Below are positions 1 through 8,399 of a stretch of DNA of 62,415 bases, piece by piece (positions within the stretch are counted from its first letter, which is position 1; each line of letters opens with the position of its first letter). The DNA is from Candidatus Thorarchaeota archaeon. Its GTDB lineage: Archaea; Asgardarchaeota; Thorarchaeia; Thorarchaeales; Thorarchaeaceae. The stretch covers positions 1 to 62,415 of the forward strand of contig JAEOUG010000100.1 of the NCBI GenBank assembly GCA_016839445.1, read 5' to 3'. The position numbers were made by a program, and so were the translations under genes. The notes under the pieces were generated by a model, which did no database searches, was not told the origin of the DNA, and saw only the letters and a list, made by a program, of their open reading frames with translations.

Positions 1-876
1 GTACTCAGTCACATCGTCTGAGTCAATCTCGTCTTCGCCACTCTCTTCGTGAAGCAGGTAGTGATGATCGGAGTCATCAGATGAAACGTCCTCACGGAGA
101 TAGTTGAGTACTGCGACTTTTGAGGTATTGGACTCGAATGGGAAGTTACCAATCTCGATGTCAACCTTGAGTTCTACACCACCTTCGATAGTGTAGTTGG
201 CCTGCACTCCTTGGTCGTCTGTGACGTTACCGGCGAAGTCAGTCCTGTAGATGTGGCCGTAGAACTGGAGCGTCATTGTTTCGAACTTGGAGAAGTCGTA
301 GTCATCTTCGCTGGCGAGAAGTGCTGACTCTTCTTCGTCGTCATGCCCCGGCATCCAATCCTCGAACCAATCATCCTCCCACTCGGAGCTTAGGCCGCCC
401 TTCGTGTAGGAGGCGTAAACCTCGACAACATTGCCTAATCCGTCGGTGATGGATCCAGTCTGCAAAGCCCAGCTGAATGCATCAAGGGGGGCAAAGGCGA
501 TGGTCTCATTTGGTTGATAGACGCCATCGGAGTTGTTGTCCTCGAACTCCACAATCATCAGGTAGCTGACCATGAACCTGGCGTGGCTCCCGTTTGCATC
601 GGAGGTGTACCAGTACTGATAGGAGGGCATGTCAGGGCTGAGAGTCACGGTCATAACGTCGGTTTCTATCCAGACGGTGCTGTCTGAGTCCCGATGGTGT
701 TCGATCTCGTGTTCCTCTTCAGATTCGTGCTCTGTTTCGGTGGTATGATCATCATCCGCATCAGTCGTTGTGTCATGATCATCTCCAGCTGCAAACCCGG
801 TTGCAGGGGAGAATGATGAAACAAGCATGAACAACATTGCTAGAAGCGCTAATCGTGAAAGCATGCGTTTTTTCAA
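1..876 (-). CDS. Secreted His/Asp/Glu-rich protein (partial, runs off the left edge)
   Basis: Hand-translated open frame from TTG 876 (GGTGA SD upstream; alternative ATG 864) to position 1. Signal peptide MKKRMLSRLALLAMLFMLVSSFSPATGFA, then DDHDTTTDADDDHTTETEHESEEEHEIEHH and a DNNSDG Ca-loop-like motif. Absent from the ORF track because there is no stop in the window. Confidence 0.8.
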   Translation of the reverse strand, partial: MKKRMLSRLALLAMLFMLVSSFSPATGFAAGDDHDTTTDADDDHTTETEHESEEEHEIEHHRDSDSTVWIETDVMTVTLSPDMPSYQYWYTSDANGSHARFMVSYLMIVEFEDNNSDGVYQPNETIAFAPLDAFSWALQTGSITDGLGNVVEVYASYTKGGLSSEWEDDWFEDWMPGHDDEEESALLASEDDYDFSKFETMTLQFYGHIYRTDFAGNVTDDQGVQANYTIEGGVELKVDIEIGNFPFESNTSKVAVLNYLREDVSSDDSDHHYLLHEESGEDEIDSDDVTEY

Positions 877-1020
877 AACATTCACCGAGTGTCGCCCCTC
901 GAATCTATATATAATGAAGATGAGAAACGGCGGTCAAAACAGAGGAGAATAAGGAATCATAGAACCGCTTTTCACGAATTAAGGTTCATGAGGGTTCAAA
1001 ACACTTCAAAGAACCAATAT

Positions 1021-1056
1021 GAAAGAAAACGATGGCTGGGCCCTCTCGGACCCAGC
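1021..1056 (-). terminator. Hairpin plus U-rich tract after the TspO-like gene
   Basis: Minus strand GCTGGGTCC-GAGA-GGGCCCAGC (9 bp, GNRA loop), then catcgTTTTCTTT. Confidence 0.6.
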
Positions 1057-1067
1057 TATGTGAATCT

Positions 1068-1880
1068 CTACTGGCTGTCGCGGACCATGTAGAAGTCCAC
1101 TATCTTCTTCTTCATTATCAATGGCAGCAGAAGGATTGCCACGAAGACAATCACTGCAACGCCAGCAGCTGTGAAGAAGAGTAGCGGGATTGCAGTCCAC
1201 TTCCAGGCGATGCCTGTGGTGGCCCAGACTATCACGAGACCGAAGGCGAAGTCCCTTCTCTTGAACAGTGTCAGAAGCGCAATCAGCAGAACCACTGCCA
1301 GTATAACTACGGTCAGTAGATGCTGAGTGGGATCTGGAATGCCAGGAATCAGGAAGTTCAGCGCCGCGGCGATGTTGGCCACGAGGGCTACCGAGAGCCA
1401 CCCGAAGTAGACGCTAACCGGCAGATGCACAGCCAGCTTAACTCCTCGAGATACTTCCTTGACCCCAATGCCTAGGCGTAGGTATGTCCACATCAGTGTC
1501 AAGAAGAACAGCAGAATGGGCACCATGTCCACCACGATTATGAACGGTACAACTGCTGCATAGTGGAACATCACCAACCAGGCAACATTGAATATTGATG
1601 CAAGAAGATAGAGGAATCCAATCTCTTTCAGGTACGATTCGCTTCTCTGACTAGTCCTTGCCTGATAGACCATGAACACGAAGATCAGGGTGTAGATTAC
1701 TCCCCAGATGGCAAACGTGTAGCCTATCGGCGTGAAGTAGTTGAAGAATAGGTCGGACACCTCTCCTGTGGTGACCCCGAAGAATTGAACGATGTTCGCG
1801 AGGCTGTTCACGACTATGCTGAACAGCACAGCTATTATGTTCAGAATTTGAAATAGCCGGAAATTGTCTGTAGAATTCAT
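1068..1880 (-). CDS. TspO/MBR-related tryptophan-rich multi-pass membrane protein
   Basis: About 8 TM helices; FTPIGYTFAIWGVIY, NVAWLVMF and SVYFGWLSVA motifs. Confidence 0.7.
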   Translation of the reverse strand: MNSTDNFRLFQILNIIAVLFSIVVNSLANIVQFFGVTTGEVSDLFFNYFTPIGYTFAIWGVIYTLIFVFMVYQARTSQRSESYLKEIGFLYLLASIFNVAWLVMFHYAAVVPFIIVVDMVPILLFFLTLMWTYLRLGIGVKEVSRGVKLAVHLPVSVYFGWLSVALVANIAAALNFLIPGIPDPTQHLLTVVILAVVLLIALLTLFKRRDFAFGLVIVWATTGIAWKWTAIPLLFFTAAGVAVIVFVAILLLPLIMKKKIVDFYMVRDSQ

Positions 1881-1920
1881 GGTCGCGATTAACTATTGTT
1901 AGTATATAAATCTTGCCACA

Positions 1921-2919
1921 CTACTTGCGCACTCTAACGCCGATTGCTCCAACGACGACCAGAACTGCAAGCACTCCGCCCGTCAAAGCAAGAGTCTGCC
2001 AATCCATTGGATATCCAGTAGTGCCAGTTCCTGTACCGGTTGCCGTGGAGGAAGTCGATGAGGAAGAGGTGTACGGGTTGTCCCACCCTGCAAGTGTGGC
2101 GACCATCCACCAGAAGGCTCTGGCTTTCTGCTCGCAACTTGTGTACGTCGTGTGTCCGGCCTCATCCCCGTTGAAGTCTTCGTGCTCTATGGGCACATCA
2201 TGTACCTGCTCTCCGTCATCGTAGGCGTACGTGCTGTGTTCTCCCCCACTCCAACAGTCTAGGTCCGCGAAGTCGAAGAGGATCTTGTCGTTGTCAAGGC
2301 AGTATTGCCGGACCATCTGGTTGTTGATCCAGCGGTTGTAGCCAGAACTGCCTCCCGCCTGAGCATTGCTGGTCATGTAGATGAAGGTGATGCCTGGATT
2401 CGCATTCTCTAGCATGGTCATTGCATCGAGATACTCCTGCGTACCAGCTGCATCGTAGTAGTCTAGCTGCGTGCACCAGGACCATAGTGAGACCGTCAGT
2501 GTCGGATTGTCGTCGATGGTGGTCTGAGTGAGGGCTCTTGCAGAGGGTCCCTGCCAATAGAGATCGGGAGTTATGTAAGACTCCGGAGGATTCCCGTCCA
2601 GTATACATAGTGCCCCCGAGTCGGTGGGGAGGTATCCTCCGCCTATTGAGCTGTCAAAGGTGGCGTCGCTGGCCTCAATCCTGCCCAACCCAGTGGTAAT
2701 CTGGCTACCGTGACTTGTGTGGGCATAGTGTACTCGAACATCACTCTGGGCTGCATCTATCCATTGAGAAGGTACTGCACCTAGATCTATGCAGGAGTGG
2801 TCTATGATGAGGCCACCGGGCCAAGCGGATGGGGTGTGCGATTCCGCCTGGATGCTCCCCGCCTGCAAGATCAGTGACGCAAAGAGAATAGTGACAAGGA
2901 TGGCACTGCGGTGTGACAC
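1921..2919 (-). CDS. Cell-surface protein, possible SGNH-like hydrolase fold, with S/T linker and C-terminal TM anchor
   Basis: Signal peptide; HYAHTSHGSQI, WSWC and DFADLD motifs; TSSSSTSSTATGTGTGTT linker; TM followed by RVRK. Confidence 0.65.
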   Translation of the reverse strand: MSHRSAILVTILFASLILQAGSIQAESHTPSAWPGGLIIDHSCIDLGAVPSQWIDAAQSDVRVHYAHTSHGSQITTGLGRIEASDATFDSSIGGGYLPTDSGALCILDGNPPESYITPDLYWQGPSARALTQTTIDDNPTLTVSLWSWCTQLDYYDAAGTQEYLDAMTMLENANPGITFIYMTSNAQAGGSSGYNRWINNQMVRQYCLDNDKILFDFADLDCWSGGEHSTYAYDDGEQVHDVPIEHEDFNGDEAGHTTYTSCEQKARAFWWMVATLAGWDNPYTSSSSTSSTATGTGTGTTGYPMDWQTLALTGGVLAVLVVVGAIGVRVRK

Positions 2920-3076
2920 GGCAAACGGCTCCTAACCTTTGGTTCGTCATATTCCATCTACAGAAAGGTGTTTCGTAGATGGATTTGTGCGTTCGTCTGC
3001 AGGCTTGCCCGAGTACAGCCGTTCGTCTATGCAAACCTGTATAAGCCGAGGCAATGGGTCTCCTGTTGGTGACCTC

Positions 3077-3448
3077 ATGTCCGACGTTGGAACGGGGCAA
3101 TTGTCGAGGCAGGAACTCAGAGACCTTCGCCGTCTACGTGCTGTGAGGGCGGCTTTGGACGAACTCAAACGAAAGGGCGTTACAGCTGACATAGCAATCT
3201 GCCCTAACTGCAAGAGTCCAAGGGTCATCGATCTGACTTCCTACCACGACTTGGGGTTCATTGGCTCGTTCCAGCCTGCCTACTACTGTCTTGACTGCGG
3301 CTGGTACGGCCGGACACTGACAATCATGAGCAACAGACCTCAAGATGATGCAATCCTTGAGGACATGAGAGGGGCCTTCCAGCCTCTTCTGGACCCTGAA
3401 GAGGATCCGTACGCAGGTTCCGCCGAGTCCTCAGATGACGAGTTCTAG
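3077..3448 (+). CDS. Zn-ribbon protein with acidic C-terminus
   Basis: CPNC...CLDC; start moved to ATG 3077 (GGTGA SD). Confidence 0.7.
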   Translation: MSDVGTGQLSRQELRDLRRLRAVRAALDELKRKGVTADIAICPNCKSPRVIDLTSYHDLGFIGSFQPAYYCLDCGWYGRTLTIMSNRPQDDAILEDMRGAFQPLLDPEEDPYAGSAESSDDEF

Positions 3449-3449
3449 T

Positions 3450-3743
3450 CTATTCCTTCGGCCTCCTAATGAGCTCAAACATCACGGGATTGAATCCGTC
3501 GGGACAGGCATGAGTGGCGACGCACTGATCTTTCAGCCAAGGAAACCTGGCGTTATACATCATGGCGTAGATCTTTGGTAGCATCGAGTAGTGTGCGCTG
3601 ATGCATATCTTGCCCCTCACCTCATCGCCCGTGAAGAGGACTTCATCTCCAACTTGGTGACCTGCTGCGCATGATCCTTCTTGCTTGATGACTCTGCACA
3701 GGATCTCCCAAGGCTCTTCTCGTATGCAGCCGCGAGTTGTCAT
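3450..3743 (-). CDS. TIGR04076-family protein
   Basis: GSCAAGHQVGD...ICISA...ACPDGFNPVMFEL pattern. Confidence 0.75.
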   Translation of the reverse strand: MTTRGCIREEPWEILCRVIKQEGSCAAGHQVGDEVLFTGDEVRGKICISAHYSMLPKIYAMMYNARFPWLKDQCVATHACPDGFNPVMFELIRRPKE

Positions 3744-3788
3744 GCACCCAACGATGACCTATCGCCTAAAGAATGTGCATAAGGTCTG

Positions 3789-5087
3789 CTAGCCAGGAGG
3801 TTTCTCTTCATTGACTTCTTGCTCTAGGCTCGGCGAGTCTCCATCTTCTGCTCCGGGTTCGCAAAGGTCCTCCGGGAATTCTCCTGCCCTCCGGAGCCCT
3901 TCACTAGCGGCAATGGGCCCGAAGATCTGCAGAATCATGGTCGTGAGTGCCACCACATTGAGGATGAGAACGCCGAAGTACTCCGCCTCGGGGACACCCA
4001 GCGCCATGAAGTTCTGTTCTACGATGAGCGAGAGACCGACAGCCACTCCGGCCTGTGACATCAGACAGAGACCTAGGTACTTGGTAGTCAAGGGCGGAGT
4101 CCCAGTTACTGCGGCCCCTGCTCGGGCACCGAAGTACTTCGCTGCCGTCCGACCGAGTACGTAGGTCCCTGCGAGAAGAACCACGGTGTACTGCACTATG
4201 ACTGAAAGGTCAATTGACGCTCCGACGATGACGAAGAAGATCATGACAATAGGAGACATGACTACCTTCAGTGTATGACTCACCGGGTCTTTGTCAGTGC
4301 TCACGTAGTTGCCTACCATGAACCCAAAGACCATGCTAGAGAGGATTGGGCTCAAGTGCAGCCACGACATTAGACCCACAAGGAGAACAACCATTCCCAG
4401 TTCGAATTCAAGTATCTCTCTCCGATTGTCTTCCCGGTTCACAAAGAAGACCATTACTGCGCCAAGGACAGCTCCAGCGGCGCATGATGCAGCTATCTCA
4501 TAGGCGGTAGTCACTAATGCCATGGTGATGGAGAGAGTTCCGGAGCCAGCGTAGAAGAGCACTGCAATCGAGATTGAGATGTCCGCGAGTAGGATGGCGA
4601 TGATGTCATCCATGGCTAGAATGAACATGAGGGTCTCTGTTAGATTGCCCTTGCATTTCCTCTCCCAAATCACCATGACTGTCGAAGCTGGATCAGTGGC
4701 GCTAGCAACCGCGCCGAATACGATGGCAATGTGCCACTGCCCAATTATCGCCACTGCCAGGAGGGTCACCAAGACAAACGTCAGGATGGACTCTGCAAGG
4801 AGTATGACCGACATTCTTCTTGTTTGCCCGCCGAAGACCTCCTTTCTTATCTCTAGCCCAATATTGTAGCCGATGAGTCCAAGGGCTATGTCTACTAAGG
4901 GTGTGAGACCTAGCCTGGTTGAAGTGTCAAACCACCCTATTACTCCAAGAAAGAGACCTGCAACCATGAAGCCTAGTATCTGTGGAATTCCTACGGCTTT
5001 CATAATCTGTGAACCGAAGTATGCAAGGACCAATGCCAATCCAATCAGAAGCAACGTGTCAGGTGTAAACAGCCCCTGCAACATCAT
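3789..5087 (-). CDS. Cation:proton antiporter (Na+/H+ exchanger family)
   Basis: About 12-13 TM; ATDPAST, ILAMDD and SQAGVAVGL motifs. Confidence 0.85.
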   Translation of the reverse strand: MMLQGLFTPDTLLLIGLALVLAYFGSQIMKAVGIPQILGFMVAGLFLGVIGWFDTSTRLGLTPLVDIALGLIGYNIGLEIRKEVFGGQTRRMSVILLAESILTFVLVTLLAVAIIGQWHIAIVFGAVASATDPASTVMVIWERKCKGNLTETLMFILAMDDIIAILLADISISIAVLFYAGSGTLSITMALVTTAYEIAASCAAGAVLGAVMVFFVNREDNRREILEFELGMVVLLVGLMSWLHLSPILSSMVFGFMVGNYVSTDKDPVSHTLKVVMSPIVMIFFVIVGASIDLSVIVQYTVVLLAGTYVLGRTAAKYFGARAGAAVTGTPPLTTKYLGLCLMSQAGVAVGLSLIVEQNFMALGVPEAEYFGVLILNVVALTTMILQIFGPIAASEGLRRAGEFPEDLCEPGAEDGDSPSLEQEVNEEKPPG

Positions 5088-5206
5088 AGTTCACTCCTCG
5101 GCGAGGTTCAATCGTCGTGCGTCTATGCAAAGGCATGGCACTCTCTCTTTAATGTGATGATATGCATGCCTTCTAAGATGCTGAATATGCCTGTTTAGGG
5201 GAGTCG

Positions 5207-5878
5207 CTACATGGATTCCCTGTAGAAGTCACATAGGCTGTCCAAAAAGCAGGAAGCGCATTGGGGGTTCTGGGCCTTGCATACCTCGCGCCCGTGTTTC
5301 ACCAGGTTGCTGTTCAGTGAGGGAATGCAGCTGGCGTCGATGAGCTCCTGAAGAAGAACTTGGGCCTTCTCTCTGCTAACGCCTTCATCAACGAGACCTA
5401 GGCGTTTTGTCACTCTCCACACATGAGTGTCAACAGGCAGGACTGGGCGCCCAAGAGAAAACAGAAGGACAATGGCTGCAGTCTTAGGTCCAACTCCATA
5501 TAGAGAAGTCAGCCACGACATTGCTTCACGATCTGACATGGACTCCAGCAGTGAGAGATCGAGGTCTCCCACTCGATTCTGAATCTCCTGAAGGGTGGCC
5601 TGAATTCTCTTCGCTTTTATTCTGTACATGCCCGACGCGCGAATCACCTCTCCAAGCTCTTCCTCTGAGGTCTCCAGGACTTCCTCCCAGCTCTCATAGT
5701 TCTCCTGAAGTCCCCTGAAGGCCCTCAGCATGTTCACGTCGTTGGTGTGCTGACTCAGAATGGTCATCACCAGCTCGTCAATGGCAGGGAGTCGTCGAGA
5801 GCTAACATGCGTGCCGTATTCTGCCATGAGTCTGGAGCAGACAGCTTCAGCCTTCTGCTTCAGTGCTGCTTTCTTCAC
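5207..5878 (-). CDS. nth: Endonuclease III family HhH-GPD DNA glycosylase
   Basis: ILSQHTND, LYGVGPKTA, PVDTHVWR, and CxxxxxxCxxCxxxxxC [4Fe-4S] motif; probable start GTG 5878. Confidence 0.85.
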   Translation of the reverse strand: MKKAALKQKAEAVCSRLMAEYGTHVSSRRLPAIDELVMTILSQHTNDVNMLRAFRGLQENYESWEEVLETSEEELGEVIRASGMYRIKAKRIQATLQEIQNRVGDLDLSLLESMSDREAMSWLTSLYGVGPKTAAIVLLFSLGRPVLPVDTHVWRVTKRLGLVDEGVSREKAQVLLQELIDASCIPSLNSNLVKHGREVCKAQNPQCASCFLDSLCDFYRESM

Positions 5879-5964
5879 GCGCTGGCGGTATCTTGTACGC
5901 CTTATGTAGGCGATGGTCCCTGTCGATAGTCTTTTGTTACACATTGCAGAGGCTCAGATGAGCC

Positions 5965-6387
5965 ATGATGAAAGTAGGAGTTGTGTACGAGAGCACTCGC
6001 GGAAGAACCAAGGCAATGGCCGAGGCAATCTGCGAAGGCGCTAGGTCTGCGGGAGCGGACTGCGACCTCGTTGAGGCTGCAGACTTCAAGGAGGTGGACT
6101 CCTACTGCGCGCTTGCCGTTGGTAGCTCTACCCGCATGAAGAGGGTTCTTCCTATGGTCAAGAGGCTCCTGGCCGAGCTATCGTCCCTTGACTCTCTTCC
6201 TGCCGCCGGATTCGGATCGTATGGTTGGAGTGGCGAGGCTCCCGATGAGATTACTAGTAAACTGGAGGAGTTGGGTGCGTCCATGGTCATCGAGGTGCCA
6301 CTGAAAGCGAAGGACTACCCGGGACAGGAAGCCCTCCAGCAGTGCAGAGACCTCGGAGTCCGACTTGCCAAGAGTTGTGAGGTCTGA
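5965..6387 (+). CDS. Flavodoxin-domain protein (FprA C-terminal-like)
   Basis: YESTRGRTKAMA, VGSST, GFGSYGWSGEA. Confidence 0.8.
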   Translation: MMKVGVVYESTRGRTKAMAEAICEGARSAGADCDLVEAADFKEVDSYCALAVGSSTRMKRVLPMVKRLLAELSSLDSLPAAGFGSYGWSGEAPDEITSKLEELGASMVIEVPLKAKDYPGQEALQQCRDLGVRLAKSCEV

Positions 6388-6476
6388 CCTGCGCCTCTAA
6401 TATCGGAGCTGATTGATGTGCAAGTTGCGGAACTCTTATCATCTTCAAGAGTCGGCAATCGGTAGGAGCTGAGTGA

Positions 6477-8399
6477 ATGGGCCACATGCGTCGTCTCTTG
6501 AGTTACTCTCTACGACACAAGGCCCTGTTTTTCGGCTTCTTGGCATGCGCTGGCATAGGGACGGCCTTCAATCTTATGACCCCCGGTGTGCTAGTCAGTG
6601 TCATTGACACAGTCATTCTCTCCGCCGACTTCACTCTCCTTCTTCCATATGTTCTATTCTACGCGGCTCTGATCTTTCTCTATGCGTTGTTCGACATTGC
6701 AGGCCGGTACGGCGCGGCGATATCCTCCCAGAAGGTCATCTACGAACTGCGAGAGGAACTCTATGAAAGCCTCATGGAGAAGGATCTCTCATTCTACGAC
6801 AAGCATGAGACCGGACAGCTTCTGGCCAGAGTGACAACTGACGTGACCACAATGCGGGAGTTCCTCTACTGGGGCTACCGTGTCATCTTCATCGGTTTCG
6901 CCCAGTTGATTGGGACCTACTACGTCATGTGGTCGATCAGTCCACCGTTGACTCTGTACATGCTCCTCCTTCTACCAGTGATAGTATCATTCATCTACAT
7001 GTTCGCAAGGAAGGTGCGCCCGGTCTTCTACGCGGCCCGCAGCCAGTACGGTGTGCTGAGCACGGTCCTTGCAGAGAATGTTGTGGGCCACAAGGTCATC
7101 AGATCATACGCTACCGAAGAACGCGAGGCTCAGAGGGTTGAAGTTGAGAATCGTGGATTCCTGGACCTGAGAGTAGAGGCCAGTCGGCTTCTGGCGTTCT
7201 TCCAACCTATGCTGCCCTCCATCTTCGGGATTATAACGGGGCTGCTGATCTACACTGGCGGTGCATCAGTAATCTCCGGGGCGTTGACGTACGGGGAGTT
7301 CGTTGGCTTCATCAGTCTCGTGGGTATGCTCATGCTTCCGGCCAGATTCCTTAGCTGGGGAGTGGGCATGTATCAGAGAGCCTCGGCGGCGGGCGAGAGG
7401 ACCTTCTATGTGCTCGATGTGAGAGACGACATCATGGACCCTGAGACCCCCGTTGAGCTCGTAGCCTTTGAAGGCAAGGTGGATTTCGACAATGTATACT
7501 TCAGCTACGGCGGTGAGCGGCCAATCCTGAAGAATGTCACACTGCACGTTGAGCCGGGCGATGTTGTCGCCTTGCTAGGAGGAACCGGGTCGGGGAAGAC
7601 GAGTCTGGTCAACCTCATTCCTCGGTTCTACGATGCAGATACGGACCACAAGGTCACAGTTGATGGCAGAGTCCATCGAGTGGATGAGAAGGGTCTAGTG
7701 AGGATTGAAGACGCTGAGTACAGAGTACAAGATGGTCATGTCCTGATAGATGGGTCACTCATTCCGGTTGAAGCCCCCGGGACAATCTGCATAGACGGCA
7801 AGGATGTGCGCCTCTATTCCCTCAACGACCTGCGCAGGCAGATTGGCATGGTCCATCAAGATCCCTTCCTCTTCAGCGCGACCTTGAGGGAGAACATCTC
7901 TTTTGCGCGGCCTGATGCGACCAGCGAGGAAGTGGAGGCTGCTGCGAGAGCAGCAATGATTCATGACTTCATCATGACCCTTGAGAACGGCTATGAGTCT
8001 GAGGTTGGAGAGCGTGGTGTCACACTAAGCGGCGGCCAGAAGCAGAGGATTGCGATTGCGCGAGCTCTCTTGGCTGACCCAAAGATTCTGATTCTGGATG
8101 ACTCCACCAGCTCCGTGGATGCAAGGACAGAGATGCTCATACAGAAAGCGCTTGAGAATCTCATGGAGGGCCGGACCACCTTCATCATCACCCACAGACT
8201 TAGCACAGTCCGGAATGCAGACAAGATCGTCATGATGGAAAGAGGTCAGATTGTAGAATCGGGATCCCATGACCAACTTGTGGAACAGGGAGGTCTCTAC
8301 TCCTCCATTCATTCTACTCTAGTAGAGATGGAACTGGCGGCGCACTTGTCGGGCACCACGGGAGCGGAGATTGAGATTGGTGGGAGGGACTTGCAGTGA
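6477..8399 (+). CDS. ABC exporter, fused TMD-NBD (heterodimer subunit 1)
   Basis: 6 TM; GGTGSGKT, LSGGQKQR, degenerate Walker B ILDDS; insertion in the NBD. Confidence 0.9.
   Translation: MGHMRRLLSYSLRHKALFFGFLACAGIGTAFNLMTPGVLVSVIDTVILSADFTLLLPYVLFYAALIFLYALFDIAGRYGAAISSQKVIYELREELYESLMEKDLSFYDKHETGQLLARVTTDVTTMREFLYWGYRVIFIGFAQLIGTYYVMWSISPPLTLYMLLLLPVIVSFIYMFARKVRPVFYAARSQYGVLSTVLAENVVGHKVIRSYATEEREAQRVEVENRGFLDLRVEASRLLAFFQPMLPSIFGIITGLLIYTGGASVISGALTYGEFVGFISLVGMLMLPARFLSWGVGMYQRASAAGERTFYVLDVRDDIMDPETPVELVAFEGKVDFDNVYFSYGGERPILKNVTLHVEPGDVVALLGGTGSGKTSLVNLIPRFYDADTDHKVTVDGRVHRVDEKGLVRIEDAEYRVQDGHVLIDGSLIPVEAPGTICIDGKDVRLYSLNDLRRQIGMVHQDPFLFSATLRENISFARPDATSEEVEAAARAAMIHDFIMTLENGYESEVGERGVTLSGGQKQRIAIARALLADPKILILDDSTSSVDARTEMLIQKALENLMEGRTTFIITHRLSTVRNADKIVMMERGQIVESGSHDQLVEQGGLYSSIHSTLVEMELAAHLSGTTGAEIEIGGRDLQ

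Noticed and set aside
5154-5184. GTGATGA...CTGA pair
   Set aside because: Only 20 nt apart with no terminal stem
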